Positions 1-11,241 of a stretch of DNA of 64,000 nucleotides are shown here, one piece after another. The notes beneath the pieces were generated by a model. It searched no databases. It saw only the letters and a program-made list of their open reading frames with translations, and was not told the origin of the DNA. Source of the stretch: Cladosporium halotolerans (taxonomy: Eukaryota). Every line of letters starts with the position of its first letter. Within the stretch, counting starts at the first letter, position 1. Where the stretch lies: contig NW_027191452.1 of the NCBI RefSeq assembly GCF_011745625.1, positions 558,001-622,000 of the forward strand. The letters are read 5' to 3'. The translations under genes were made by a program, and so were the position numbers.

Positions 1-1636
1 CGTCTTACTACCTCTCACACCAGACGTACCGGGAGTGGTCGAAAAGGCTGGCTGCGGGATTAAAAGCGCGTGGATTCAAAGATGGCGACCGATTGCTGTT
101 ATACTCCGGCAACACAATTTTCTTCCCGACCGTCCTGATGGGCACTGTTATGGCAGGCGGCATCTTCAGCGGCGCAAACCCAACCTACGTAGCGAGAGAG
201 CTGGCCTACCAGCTGCAAGATACCGAGGCCAAATTCCTCATCACATCCGAAGGCAGCCTCCAAACCGCCCTCGAAGCCGCCCAAAGCATCGGCTACCCCC
301 GCGACCGCATCTTCACCTTCGACGGCGGCTACGCCACCTTCGACGGCAAAGGCCAGCCCTCGCAGGGAATCCAGCACTGGACCTCGCTCCTCGCCCCCCC
401 CTCCTCCGCCTCCTCCTACCGCTGGAAGGAATTCTCCTCGCCCGCCGAAGCGCACCAAACCGTCGTCCTCAACTACTCCAGCGGCACGACGGGCGTGCCC
501 AAGGGCGTCGAGATCACCCACCTCAACTACGTCGCCAACTGCACGCAGACCGACCACGTCGCCTCCCTCGACCCGGACCACGCCGCCGCCGACGCCCGCG
601 CCCGCGGCCTCTCCATGCTGCCCATGTACCACGCCTACGGCCAGACCGTCCACTGCGTCTCCGCGCCCCGCCGCGCCATCCCCGTCTACGTCATGCAGAA
701 GTTCGACTTCGCCCGCATGCTCGCCCACATCCAGACGTACCGCATCACGGCGCTGACGCTCGTGCCGCCCATCGTCGTCGCGCTCGCGAAGCGGCCCGAA
801 GCGCGGCTCTTCGACTTATCCTCCGTGGAAAGCGCAGGCTGCGGCGCGGCGCCGCTGGGCCGCGAGCCGCAGGTCGAGTTCGAGAGCCTGTGGCCGCAGG
901 GCCAGGTCAATCTCAAGCAGGGCTGGGGCATGACGGAGATCACGTGCAGCGCGTGCGGGATGGAGCCGACTGCTGTCGCGGCGGATGCGACGGTGGGGGA
1001 GCTGAATCCGAACATCGAGGCGAGGATTGTGGGCGAGGAGGGCGAGGAGGTCGGGGTCGGCGCGAGGGGGGAGTTCTGGGTCAGGGGCCCGAATGTCATG
1101 AAGGGGTATTGGCGGAAGCCGGAGGCGACGGCGGAGACGTTGACGGCGGATGGATGGTTGAAGACGGGGGACGTGGCGTATAGGGATGAGAGGGGGTTTG
1201 TGTATATTGTTGATCGGAAGAAGGTGAGTGGGCTGGGCCGGTGGAAGAGAATGTCTTGTGAGAAGGGTGGTTGGCTGACCGTTGATCGCGACAGGAACTC
1301 ATCAAAGTCAAAGGCAACCAAGTCGCGCCCGCCGAGCTCGAAGCCCTGCTGCTCGACCACCCGGCCGTGCAAGACGCCGCCGTCGTCGGCGTCACGATCA
1401 ACGGCGAGGAGCTCCCGCGCGCGTACGTCGCGCTGCAAGCGGATCAGACCGCCACGCCGCGCGAGATCGCGGACTGGCTGGCGCAGAAAGTCGCGAGGCA
1501 CAAGCGGCTGGCGGGCGGGGTGAAGTTCGTCGATGCGATACCGAAGAACCCCTCGGGCAAGATTTTGCGCAAGGCGTTAAGGGATTTGGCGAAGACGGAG
1601 GTTGGCGATGGGCCGGTTAGGGAGAGTAGGCTGTAA
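1..1636 (+). CDS. 4-coumarate-CoA ligase-like / phenylacetyl-CoA ligase-like AMP-dependent acyl-CoA ligase, 5'-truncated by the window, peroxisomal (PTS1 -SRL)
   Basis: Open frame from nt 3 with ANL motifs YSSGTTGVPKG, QGWGMTE and GWLKTGD. Intron 1224-1294 (GTGAGT...CTGAC...CAG) joins VDRKK|ELIKVKGNQVAPAELE. IPKNPSGKILR motif; ends ...RESRL TAA. Confidence 0.93.
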
Positions 1637-1987
1637 GTGGGAATGGAGGGGTTGATTGGATACATCGTTACACGGTTGGATGTTCGAGCGCGGTGTTGAT
1701 GCGTCTTGCGTTCTCGGCATGTTTTGATAGAGCTATCCTGGCCATGAACCTGCGTACAAGAGCACTTACTGTCGAAAAACTTCGACTGTCCCCATCAACC
1801 GCAAGCCGAAAACCAATATCCCATCATTCCCTTTCCAATCGTATTACCAAAAGCCAATCTCGCATCGCATCATCGAATATCATGCCCAAACCGAGAGGTA
1901 TCAAGTTGAAAGAAAAAAACGCCGTCGCTGCTTCAAACCCCAAGTCTCATCGTCATCAACCTCGTTCGCCTGTGCAGTAGAAGGCCT

Positions 1988-2173
1988 TCAGCGGAAGCAG
2001 TTCAAGCGACCGAGGCTGAAGCGGAAAGGAGCGCGGCGCACGCCGTGCTTGTCGACGACAACTCCGCCGCCTGTGAAGTGATGGTTAGTGATGCTGTGCG
2101 TGCGGTGGAGCCGAGTGAGGGTGTGCTTACCGGCGTGCTTGCCGCCCCAGTGCTTAGTCCACATGAGACCCAT
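1988..2173 (-). CDS. Putative 41-aa basic microprotein, spliced: MGLMWTKHWGGKHAGGGVVVDKHGVRRAPFRFSLGRLNCFR
   Basis: Strong start context ACAATGG after a CA-rich leader. Consensus 60-nt intron 2071-2130 (GTAAGC...CTAAC...CAG). Exon codons are C/G-ending like neighbouring genes. Confidence 0.65.
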   Translation of the reverse strand: MGLMWTKHWGGKHAGKHTLTRLHRTHSITNHHFTGGGVVVDKHGVRRAPFRFSLGRLNCFR

Positions 2174-2272
2174 TGTCGGTTGTGTGTTGTGTTTGAAGTG
2201 GAGGGAGTAGTTGTGGTCGTGGTTGACTGCGCGTGTTTGGCGACTTTCCCGAGTTCAGCAGTTGCTGATATT

Positions 2273-2305
2273 TGTGGTGGTGTGTTGTGGTGTGGTGTGG
2301 TGTGG
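2273..2305. repeat. (TGTGG)n imperfect pentanucleotide microsatellite
   Basis: Read directly: tgtggtggtgtgttgtggtgtggtgtggtgtgg. Confidence 0.85.
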
Positions 2306-3083
2306 AAGTTGTTCGCGCGCTGTTGTTTGTTGATCTGCTGCGCCAAGTGACGTCGCTCGCACGTGTTTCCAAGCTTGGTCGTCGGTCGATGGTAGGTACC
2401 TGAGGTAAGGTAGGCAAAAGCGTGGACTGTCAAGCAGAAACAACCCGAAGGATTCTCCCCAGTATATATGACCTTCCACAACGTGTAAGACACAGCATGC
2501 AATAAATACCCAAGCAACCTTAACACGCCCCCCCAAGCAGGTTTGCCCACCTCTTGGCTCCTCTCACTCTGCTCTCCGATGACGTCTGGGCGCAGCGCGA
2601 GTGGCTGTGGGGGCAGCGCGATCTTCACGTCTCACGTTGATCGCACGCGCTGCGCCACGCTGGGGACTGCGCTCCGCTGCTCGAAGCGGTGAGAGAGATC
2701 GCCGCGAGTCGACGAGACGGGCGAAGGGGCGCTTGCGTCGTGTTGTGAGACCTGCGTGTGATGGGTTTGAGCTGCGAGGCCGGTGCGTCGAGACTGCATC
2801 ATTCTGGGCTGGGCGTCGTCGTTGTTTGCACCTGCGCCACATGTACCTTACGTCCTCTTGGATGATGATCGTGCTGTGGCTCCGCGATCGTCTCGAACGA
2901 TGAGATTGAATGGGCCACAGCCTCAGAGTCTTCTGGGGATGATTGCAGCACCTTCTACAATGGCGAATGCCCGCACCGCCACAGCACTCGCACTATGGAC
3001 GATGAGGCGCAGACATACCTTGCCCAGCTACCAGGAATATCAGAACGACACCGAAGAGCTGGAGAAGACTTGGTGTGCGACTT

Positions 3084-3157
3084 GTGAATTCGAGAGGATC
3101 GCAGAAGTACATCAAAGATCGTGAATTCGAGAGGATCGCAGAAGTACATCAAAGATC
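3084..3157. repeat. Perfect 37-bp direct tandem duplication (2 copies)
   Basis: GTGAATTCGAGAGGATCGCAGAAGTACATCAAAGATC at 3084-3120 and 3121-3157. Confidence 0.95.
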
Positions 3158-3467
3158 GAAGTAAATTCGTATGCCACATGAAAGCTCGTCCAGTATATAC
3201 ACAGAAACCCAAAAAGCAGTCCATTCCCGCAGCCAGCAGACGCCGTGCTCCCTCGAGCCATTTCTCTCCTGTTCCCGTCCATGTCCCATGCCATTTGCCA
3301 TTAGAGGTGATTGATCCCCCTCCCTGCACCCCTTCGCTATGCAAAAAGTTTCCCATACCCATAAACAATTTTCTCAACATCCAGCTCAAGCGGAAAGCGA
3401 TTCGACAGCAACAACTTTCCCCCCGTCAGCCAGCCAGAAAAGCGGAAGACTCTCGAAGAGAAGGCCT

Positions 3468-5309
3468 CTACAAAAACACAACAACGCCCACCGCGCCGCC
3501 CACAAGCGCCGCAGCGGCGCCCACAAACCCGCCCAGACCCTTCCCCGCCCCGCCCTCCTGCAGCGTCGGGTCGCCGCGGCCGTCGCCCGTCTCCGCCGCG
3601 CCGTCCGAGCTCTGCGTCGCGGCCGCCACGTTGCCGGCGCCGACGACCTCGAAGCTCGTGATGGTCGCGCGGCCGCCGTTGGGCAGCGTGCTGGTCTGGA
3701 AGACGAGCTCGGAGACGTGGCCGCCGGAGGGCGTGATGGTGGTGACGAAGGGGCTGCCGCGGGCGTTGCGGGTGGTGATGGTGGCGCCGGCGGAGGCGTC
3801 GGAGAGCGTGATGGGGCTGCCGGTGTCGTCGGTTGTGGTTAGGTTGTCGGAGTCGTCGGAGTCGTCGGAGTTGTTGGAGTTGTTGGAGTTGTTGTCGTCA
3901 TTGTTGTCGTTGTCATCGTTGTTGTTGCCTGAGTTCGTGGCGCCGGGGACAGGGGCGGAGGTGATGATGTTGCCGCCGGAGTTGACTTGGACGCTGGCTA
4001 CGGGGGAGGTGGTGGTCACTTCGTCGCCGTTGTCGTTGGTTGAGACCACAACTGCGGCAGGAACGCGAGTCGAAGTCGTGAACGTGTTGCCGTCGTCATC
4101 GGTGGAAGTGACGGGCACGTCGACATTCTCAGTGGCGGAGGTGATGAAAGCAGAGGTCGTCACCGGCACGACGCTACCACCCTCCTGGGTAGAAGAAATG
4201 ACGATAGGAACGATGACACCGCTCTGATCGCCATCATCCGAGGAATCGTCATCGTTGTCGTTATCGTTGTCATCATCGTTGTCACCGCTGCCAGTCTGGA
4301 CAGCGCTGGTGATGGCAGGCGGGGTGCTGACGACCGTGCTGCCCGAATCCTCCGTAGTCGTGACAGGGGGCGGCTGAGAAGCCTCCGTAGTCGAAGAAGC
4401 CACTAGAGACGATGTCAGGGTGCTCCCAGAGTCATCAGTAGTCGTGACGGGCACGGTGGTGCCGCCGCCGGTTTCACTCGACCCTATTGAAGATGTCAAC
4501 TCCTGATCATCGCTCGAAGACTCTGCGCTCGACGTCGTCGCGGAAGCGCCAGATGACTCGGCGGCCGAGGAGTCTGCGGTCGAAGTCGCCGTGCTGCTAC
4601 CGCCGGAGGACGCTTCTGTCGTGGCCTCGGCAGAAGTTTCAGCGGCGGTCTCAGAGGCAGAGTTCGATCCGGAAGTTTCCTCGTCGCTGTCGGAGGCAGA
4701 TGCACTCGTGGGTGAGGTCTGACCTGTAGTGGTTTCGGAATCGTCGGTGGAAGTCGGCTCGGCGGTGGTTTCATCGCGAGAGCTGGTTTCCTCGGCGGTC
4801 GTGGTCGGAGCCGTCGTCGAAGGCGCGGACGTCTCGGAGGCGGGAGGAGTAGGAGACGAGCTCTCACCTTGTGTAGTCGTTCCATCGTCCTCTGATGTGG
4901 TGGGAGAGGCAGTAGAAGACGACTGACCTTGCGTGGTGCTCTCCTCCGTCTGGGTCGTGATGCTCACGGCGGTGGTGCTGGAGTCAGTCACAATGATCGC
5001 GCTGGTTGTCGTGGTGCTGTTTGAGTTGTCGTCCTGTCGTTTGCGCAGTTCGGCATTGACGAGGGAGTCCTGCCTCGCCATCTCGGCCAGCTTCTCGGCC
5101 AGCGCCGGGTTGTCCTGGTACACTGCATGCATGGCATTGTGGTGGTCCTCGAAGACGCCTTCGCGGTACTTGGGCCGGAGCTTTTCAAGCGCAGCACGCA
5201 AGGAATCGTTGGGCACTTCGTTGACCAGGTCCTGGAAGTCCGATGCATGTGCCAGGCCAGCCGACGCCAATGGCAGGCCAAGAAGGAAAAGAGATCGGAA
5301 AGAAGGCAT
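3468..5309 (-). CDS. Secreted Ser/Thr-rich, probably GPI-anchored cell-wall protein (613 aa)
   Basis: ATG at 5309 gives signal peptide MPSFRSLFLLGLPLASAG. Kex2-like LRKR site, long S/T-rich and N/D low-complexity tracts, and C-terminal hydrophobic GPI-signal-like tail (GLGGFVGAAAALVGGAVGVVVFL). Probable 5'UTR intron at ~5432-5525. Confidence 0.85.
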   Translation of the reverse strand: MPSFRSLFLLGLPLASAGLAHASDFQDLVNEVPNDSLRAALEKLRPKYREGVFEDHHNAMHAVYQDNPALAEKLAEMARQDSLVNAELRKRQDDNSNSTTTTSAIIVTDSSTTAVSITTQTEESTTQGQSSSTASPTTSEDDGTTTQGESSSPTPPASETSAPSTTAPTTTAEETSSRDETTAEPTSTDDSETTTGQTSPTSASASDSDEETSGSNSASETAAETSAEATTEASSGGSSTATSTADSSAAESSGASATTSSAESSSDDQELTSSIGSSETGGGTTVPVTTTDDSGSTLTSSLVASSTTEASQPPPVTTTEDSGSTVVSTPPAITSAVQTGSGDNDDDNDNDNDDDSSDDGDQSGVIVPIVISSTQEGGSVVPVTTSAFITSATENVDVPVTSTDDDGNTFTTSTRVPAAVVVSTNDNGDEVTTTSPVASVQVNSGGNIITSAPVPGATNSGNNNDDNDNNDDNNSNNSNNSDDSDDSDNLTTTDDTGSPITLSDASAGATITTRNARGSPFVTTITPSGGHVSELVFQTSTLPNGGRATITSFEVVGAGNVAAATQSSDGAAETGDGRGDPTLQEGGAGKGLGGFVGAAAALVGGAVGVVVFL

Positions 5310-7976
5310 CGTGCTCGCGAGCCGGGCTGCGTCCGGGCAGCAGAAGGGAAGCAAAAAGATAAGAATGTGAAGTCCTAACGAAGCGAAGGTCGCTCGCAAG
5401 CGTACTGCAGACAGCCGGCCGAGCGGGCAGCCTGTTGCATGCCGGTGTCAGCTACGAGGAAGATGGAAAGGCGTCGTAAGACAACTCCACGAAAAGAAAC
5501 ACATCCGGCGGCGAATGCTACTCACAGCAGTGTCTAGTCAGCACGGCGCAGGCGGGTGGCTGGCCTTAACGAGTAGGCGAGGGCGTCGTGGCTGAATCCG
5601 GCGCTCGCCAACCAGAATGCCGGTAGTTCGCGAGTGGGCGTCGTCCCAAAACCTGCAGTGCCCTTGTCTCACGCGGTGGCGGCGGGCAGGCTGAATGTGC
5701 GGTGCGGCGGAGGAGCGAGAGCCAGCGGAAGGGAAGCAAAGAAGCAACGCTGCAAACCCCACAAAGACGTTGCGATGATATAAGATAGAGCAGGCGAAGA
5801 GCAGAATCGAAGGAACAGGCGGCCACGGGCACAGTGCACAGTAATGGCATGGCGGTGGTGCAGGCAGGGCCGGACTCGAGGCGGGCGGCGGGTGGGACCA
5901 GGCCGAGCAAGCTTCGGAACACGAGCAGATCGTGCGCTAGACGGCCGGCCTGGCGCAGCCAAGCTGCGAGTGGCCTGAAGATCCCGCGCCCAACGGGCAG
6001 CATGGGCGGTATAGCCTTTGCGGGCGCCGTCGAGGCACGCCAGGTGGCAGACGTCCGCCAGGCCGCGTCCCGTCTGGACGCCTGCACGCGGTGTGGTTAT
6101 CTCCCAGAGGCTGCGAGTCTACCACGGCGCTCAGCTCGTGGTATAGCAGCGAGAGCAGACCTCGTGGGAGCCACGAACACTGGTCAAGGCCCAGGCATGA
6201 CGTTCCCATCGCCCAGACTGCGCCCGAGCGCGCGGGACGGCAGGCCGTGGCCACCCATCCATCCACCCATCCATGCCACGATATCCTCCTCGGAGCGTGC
6301 CCAGGCGTGCACTGGTGCTGTCTAGCACGAGACGCAGTTCCCGCGGCGAGCCCATGCCATGCAATTTTCTCCACCAAGCGCGCAACCCGGAGCACCACCA
6401 CACTGGCGTCATCCGGCCAGCGGCGCCGCGAGTGAGACTGACGGGAAATCCTACGGATGCCGTGTCGGATGGAGCGAGCTCGAGCTCGCAGCTATAGGCG
6501 GCGGAGAGAGGGTTTGGCGAATTTGTATTTCAGTACCCGTGTACCTACCTGACCCTGCCGCGGACCGCACAGCTCTTGGGATCCGAAACGCTCGAGATCC
6601 TCTGGCCGCGGCAGGGCACGCGTGACCGTCGATCGTCGGCAGGATGAATGCACCGCACCGCACCGCACCACTGCCACAATGCGACCTTCCCTTATCAGCA
6701 GTGATGCGTCCCTCCAGCATACACACGGCGCTCGACAAGGACTGTCCGCCACCGACAAGCGAAGCGTGCGAGCGAGAAGGAGCACGCACCGCCCGTCCGT
6801 CCCGACGCAGCGTTCCCGCGCAAAACAAGCTTAGGAGCGCGGGCTCCCGACCGCTCACCCAATCAAGTGGTGTACATGGCTCTCTGCCTATTTCGAGCAA
6901 GCCGGCTACTGCAGGACGAGAGCCTCTTGTCTGCCGTTTCAGCCGGGATAGCTCTGCGACAGCTATAGCTGAGCACGTGAAATGGCAGTCTCGATTCTTG
7001 GTAAGCTTCGTGGACTTGAGTATCGCGACCTTTTGTGTTATCAGATATCATGCCACCGATAGCTTCAACAATCACAACTGTGTGCGCATACAAACCCGTT
7101 TCGGCACATCCGTGCACTCGCATCTCTACAGTTATCACGCTCGCGAAACAGCTTTGACGTCAGCTTCTCCCGCAAAAAGCCTACATAGCTATCTACATGT
7201 AGGTTATCCGGCCCAGGAACCCGGCATGTCGCAAATCCTCAATATTTCCAACAACACGCCCATTGCCTACCCGACTCACCTCGAACTCCCAAAAACGCAC
7301 GTTCCCCCGTCGTGGCGTGCCCAAAATTCTGGGACAAGACCCCAAGGCACGTGGGAAGGCACCGCAAGCCGGCGCCAATCCAACGGCCGCCTAATTGCAA
7401 GCCACAAAGGACAACGGTCTTGCTTGTGGCTTGAATGATGACGATGGCGGAATAGTGTCAATGCCAGTGCCGCTTGTTTTGATGTGATATGTCACTGCTG
7501 TTGGGGAGTGGAGATGAAGCAGTTGTAACTTTTGGCTGAGTGAGTGAGCATCGGAGCAAGCGTCGGTCTCACCGTACCGTGCGGAGAGGGCATGGAGATC
7601 AATGTCAACGCCAGATCGGATCTCACGATTGTGAAAAGTATCGCCGCCGTGTGTTTGCGCGTACCGTGCCGGGAGGCGATGATCGAGAGGAACGCGATGT
7701 CACCGAGGACCACCTGTGGCCGCGCGCGCGCGCGTTTGAAAAGAAATAGCGTTCTTTTGTCTCTCCTGTCTCGCCGTCTCAACCTATTTATACTGGCTCG
7801 GAAGGAGAAAAAAACAAGGTAAAAGTCAAAAAGGAAAAGAGGAAATATTAATAGCAGAAAGAGCCGTTGCTCAAAGTGTCCAGTTCCGTTCCTTCCTTGC
7901 TTTTGTCGTTCTGATTGCCCCTCATTCCCCCAAAAAGAGACATCATTCCCCCGCGATCGCGGCTCATGCGCTCAGT

Positions 7977-10861
7977 CTACTTCCCGCCCATCACGACGTC
8001 CACTCTGTCTTGCACCGCCGGGTCCGCGGGCGCGTTGGCAGGCTGGCTTTCTCCGACGGCGACGGGCTGTTGCTCAGGCGCGGCCGGGGCTGCCTCGCTC
8101 GGTGGCTGCGTTGGAGCCGGGGCTGCAGACGGCTGGACGGCGGCCGGCGGATAAGTTGTCGATGCTGCAGGTTGCTGAGCTGTATTGGCCGGTACAACCG
8201 TAGGCGCTGGTCCCGCTCCTCCGAGAACGGTTGAAGACTGCACAGTCGCATCTCTGCCACCGACGCTTGAGCCGCTAAAATCCCTAGTCTGCGACGACAG
8301 AGAATCCGTGTGCGCGGGCGTGCCGAACTCCTGCCGTCCGTTGGCGGACGATTGATTCCGTTCCGGAGTCTGGGCCCTCTTCTCGGCGTCTCTGTCTCGT
8401 CGTTCTTGGATCTTGCCCCGGATCCAGCCCATCGGTCCCTTTCGTTCTCTCTCGCTGTCCGAGAAGACTCCGGAGTCATTCGTCGAACCGGAGGGTCCGG
8501 GAGTCTGCGTGGGAGTCTGGTTTGGGTCGACAGCTGCGCTTCCGAGAGGAGTTGGCTCTTGGAAGCTTCGTCGTGGCTGAGAGGCAGAGGCGGTGCTGCT
8601 TCCGATTGTAGACCGCGACATGGTCTGTTCCCTGGGACTCATCGTGCCGAGAGGTCCACCTGGAGGAGGTGGCGAGGTAGGCTGATCCAGTTTGTTCTGG
8701 GTGCGTGAGAATCGCCAGCGGTGCCTCCGTCGCTCTCTTCTCTCCGGCTCAGCACCTGTCGCGGGCATGTCGTCTCCGACCATGTCAGCGTCGCTCTGGT
8801 CAGTGGCGTCCGTGTGGCTGTTGAAGGAATGGCTCGGCGAGATCGTGGGCTTGAGTGTGGCATCAGTAGGCATGCGCTGAGGTGTCGCATGAACGGGCGT
8901 CGTGCGGGCGGTAACGTATTGGGACTGCTCGCCAACCGCTACAGGTTCAGTCTGCGCGCCTACGTTCATGGGGAGACCAGGCAGGGCCGCAGGCCTATCC
9001 GTCCCCTCGTCACCCAGGTCATTCGTTGAGCTTTGTGCACTCGACAGAGCGGATCCAGGAATGCGCTTTTTCTGCAACTTGTTCGGTTTCCTACCCTCGT
9101 TGTCGGAAGATGGGGACTGTTTGAAGATGCCAAGGAATCCATGCGTAGAGCTCCCCGTAGGCGTACCACTGTTCTGACGCTCCCCATGAGACTCCGGAGT
9201 GGCGTGCGACGGCGCGAGCAGAGGCGTAGTGTCTTTCTTTGGAGTCTGAAATTCGCGAGCAGTGGCAGATGATCCATCGCTGGCAATAGTGGCCAAAGGG
9301 GTAGTAGCTTCACTTGACGAGGCAGAGATAATCGAGGGTGCTGCCAGCGGAAGCGCAGGTGACGGCGAGGCGACGGGCGTGTTTTGTACAGAAGACTCTG
9401 GCTTCGCAGTGTCGGTTGGGAGAACAACAGGAGACTGTCTGTTTGGGGTCGTAGGGTCGGATGTCTTCTCTCGCGGGAATCGAGGGGAGGGAGCAGCGGC
9501 GCCAGGTCGGCGCGACGGTACGGTGTTGCTCCGCTGTACATTTCCGCCCGGCGACGTTGGGGTTCCTACCAGAGGGGTCACAGGCGTGGGCCCATTCTCA
9601 GACCGTTTGCTGTGCTTGCTTGAAACAGACACGTTGCGTCGAAGGCTGTTCCACCGTCCTTCAATATTGGTGCTGGCACCTGAAGTAGAGCGGTGTACAA
9701 CGGTCCGTGACCTGCTCGGGGTGACAGGAGAGCCCGGAACCTTGCCGGGACTTGGTGCGCCAGACTGGACTTCTTTGACTGTTTCGTGATCTGCAGCTGT
9801 GCCAGGCATGCCTATGAGGAAACTGTCCTGGTTTTCGATTAAGAATATGAGGACATCCTGAGAGAGACGGTATTCTTGCGGGGCCATGTCATGCTGCGGG
9901 TGCGAGAGTAGGCCAGGTTGGAAGATGGCAGCCAGGTTTGGCGTAGTCATCTTGTTCAGGTCAGACTTGCTTGCAAATACAGCCAGAAGATCCAAAATGT
10001 ACAACAGTAGCTGGCGATTGAGAGGAGGGAGCTCGGTGATCAGGGCCTGGAAAATGCGAATAGCGCCTTCCTGGTCGAATTCGCCGATTGTTGGGCTTTG
10101 GGCATCCATTGCACCCACGGCTTGAGCCTGATGGTTTCGAAGAGGCTCACGGAAGCGCTCGTAGAACTCGAGAGGAATGATCGGTTCGGGTAACTGGTTG
10201 AAATATCTTCGTAGAATGTTGGCGGCATCGTGAACGGTGTATCCAGTCCAGTCAAGGCCTTTTCCGTATCGATCCGGGGAGTCAAAAGCTATCTTCAATT
10301 CCTTGATGCGTTTCTCGCTGCCGGCGAGACGGAATATACCCTCCACATCGGTTGCTGCGCAGGAAATCAGCACTTATGTTATCGACGGTCAATAAGATGT
10401 CTGAGTACTCACCCTTCTCTTTGAGAAATACACCGCACTTGGCTACCACTATGGGAACGTAGCCGTAAATGTAACTTTGACCCTCATCGTTGAAGAGGGA
10501 GATTGCAACATTGGCGTAGCGGATCGAGGTGTGTAGCGGGATGCCGAATATACCGGGTGCAGGTGCTGAGGCTTGATTAGCTACTACGGTCTGACGTCTG
10601 CGACAATGCAGAAACAATGCGCAATGGATTTCGGCACCGCTTTATGCGACAGGACAGGCCTGTGCCGTACGCAGCGGTGATGTGCAGGTATGACTGTGCA
10701 CGCGTACCTGATTGCTCTTGAGGCTTCTTGTCGCTTCTCTTGAACTGTTTCCACCAGCTAGCCAGGTCCCTCTTCGACTGGACAGCTTCGCTCTGGCTGG
10801 ACGGTGCAGCCTTGGGCCCGCCAGCGACGGCCTGCGCAGTCGACGGACTGCCGGTCGCCAT
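7977..10861 (-). CDS. Rho GTPase-activating protein (Sac7/Bag7-like)
   Basis: Exons 10861-10708, 10565-10413 and 10354-7977 splice in frame: GIFGIPL..SI.YANVAISL...YGYVPIVVAKCGVFLKEK|ATDVEGIFRLAGS (arginine finger)...NKMTTPNLAAIFQP, then a long disordered tail. Confidence 0.92.
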
Positions 10862-11220
10862 AGCTGAGGGCGTAGCTGGGCTGAGGTGCGCGTATAGTTC
10901 GCCGGCTACAGCATGAGGTGTTGCGACGTCCGGACGTCAGTGTGTGCGCGGGCCTGGGGCGGCGGTGCAGGGCGCGGCGGAGGTCGTGTGCGACGGGGCT
11001 GTCCTAAGCGTGTGAACGCAGCGGTGCGTCGTCGCAGCTGCAGGCCTTTCGTAGCGCGTGGAGGACGTGCAAGAGCACGTACCACAACAACGGTTGGTGA
11101 GAGCGCACAGGCGCGGCGGATGAGCGAGACAGTGGCAGAGCGGGTGGCTTGGGTCGGCAGAACGCGCGCCGATCACGAGGGGAGCGGCGAGCGTGCGCTG
11201 GAGATCGGGCGCGGAGGCTC

Positions 11221-11241
11221 GTGGTGGTGGTGGTGGTGGTG
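11221..11241. repeat. (GGT)n microsatellite in the RhoGAP upstream/5'UTR region
   Basis: gtggtggtggtggtggtggtg read directly. Confidence 0.8.

Noticed and set aside
35..1183. 382-aa Arg/Pro-rich ORF, and similar overlapping ORFs at 26555, 42157, 52615 and 62897
   Set aside because: Alternative or antisense frames of well-supported genes; artefacts of high GC3.
2780..3124. Protein-like fragment (YQEYQNDTEELEKTWCATCEF)
   Set aside because: No good start or splice model and no recognisable family.
3121..4227. 368-aa plus-strand ORF
   Set aside because: Antisense to the low-complexity GPI protein; such frames stay open in GC-rich, biased codons.
5310..5399. N-terminal extensions in the ORF track from TTG/GTG starts (also NUP188 47776-47805)
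   Set aside because: This is a eukaryotic locus; the first in-frame ATG gives a sensible signal peptide or conserved N-terminus.
5400..7900. Many overlapping ORFs in GC-rich intergenic DNA (likewise 10900-12500)
   Set aside because: Arg/Ala/Pro-rich random-looking translations with microsatellites, typical of long promoter/5'UTR regions.
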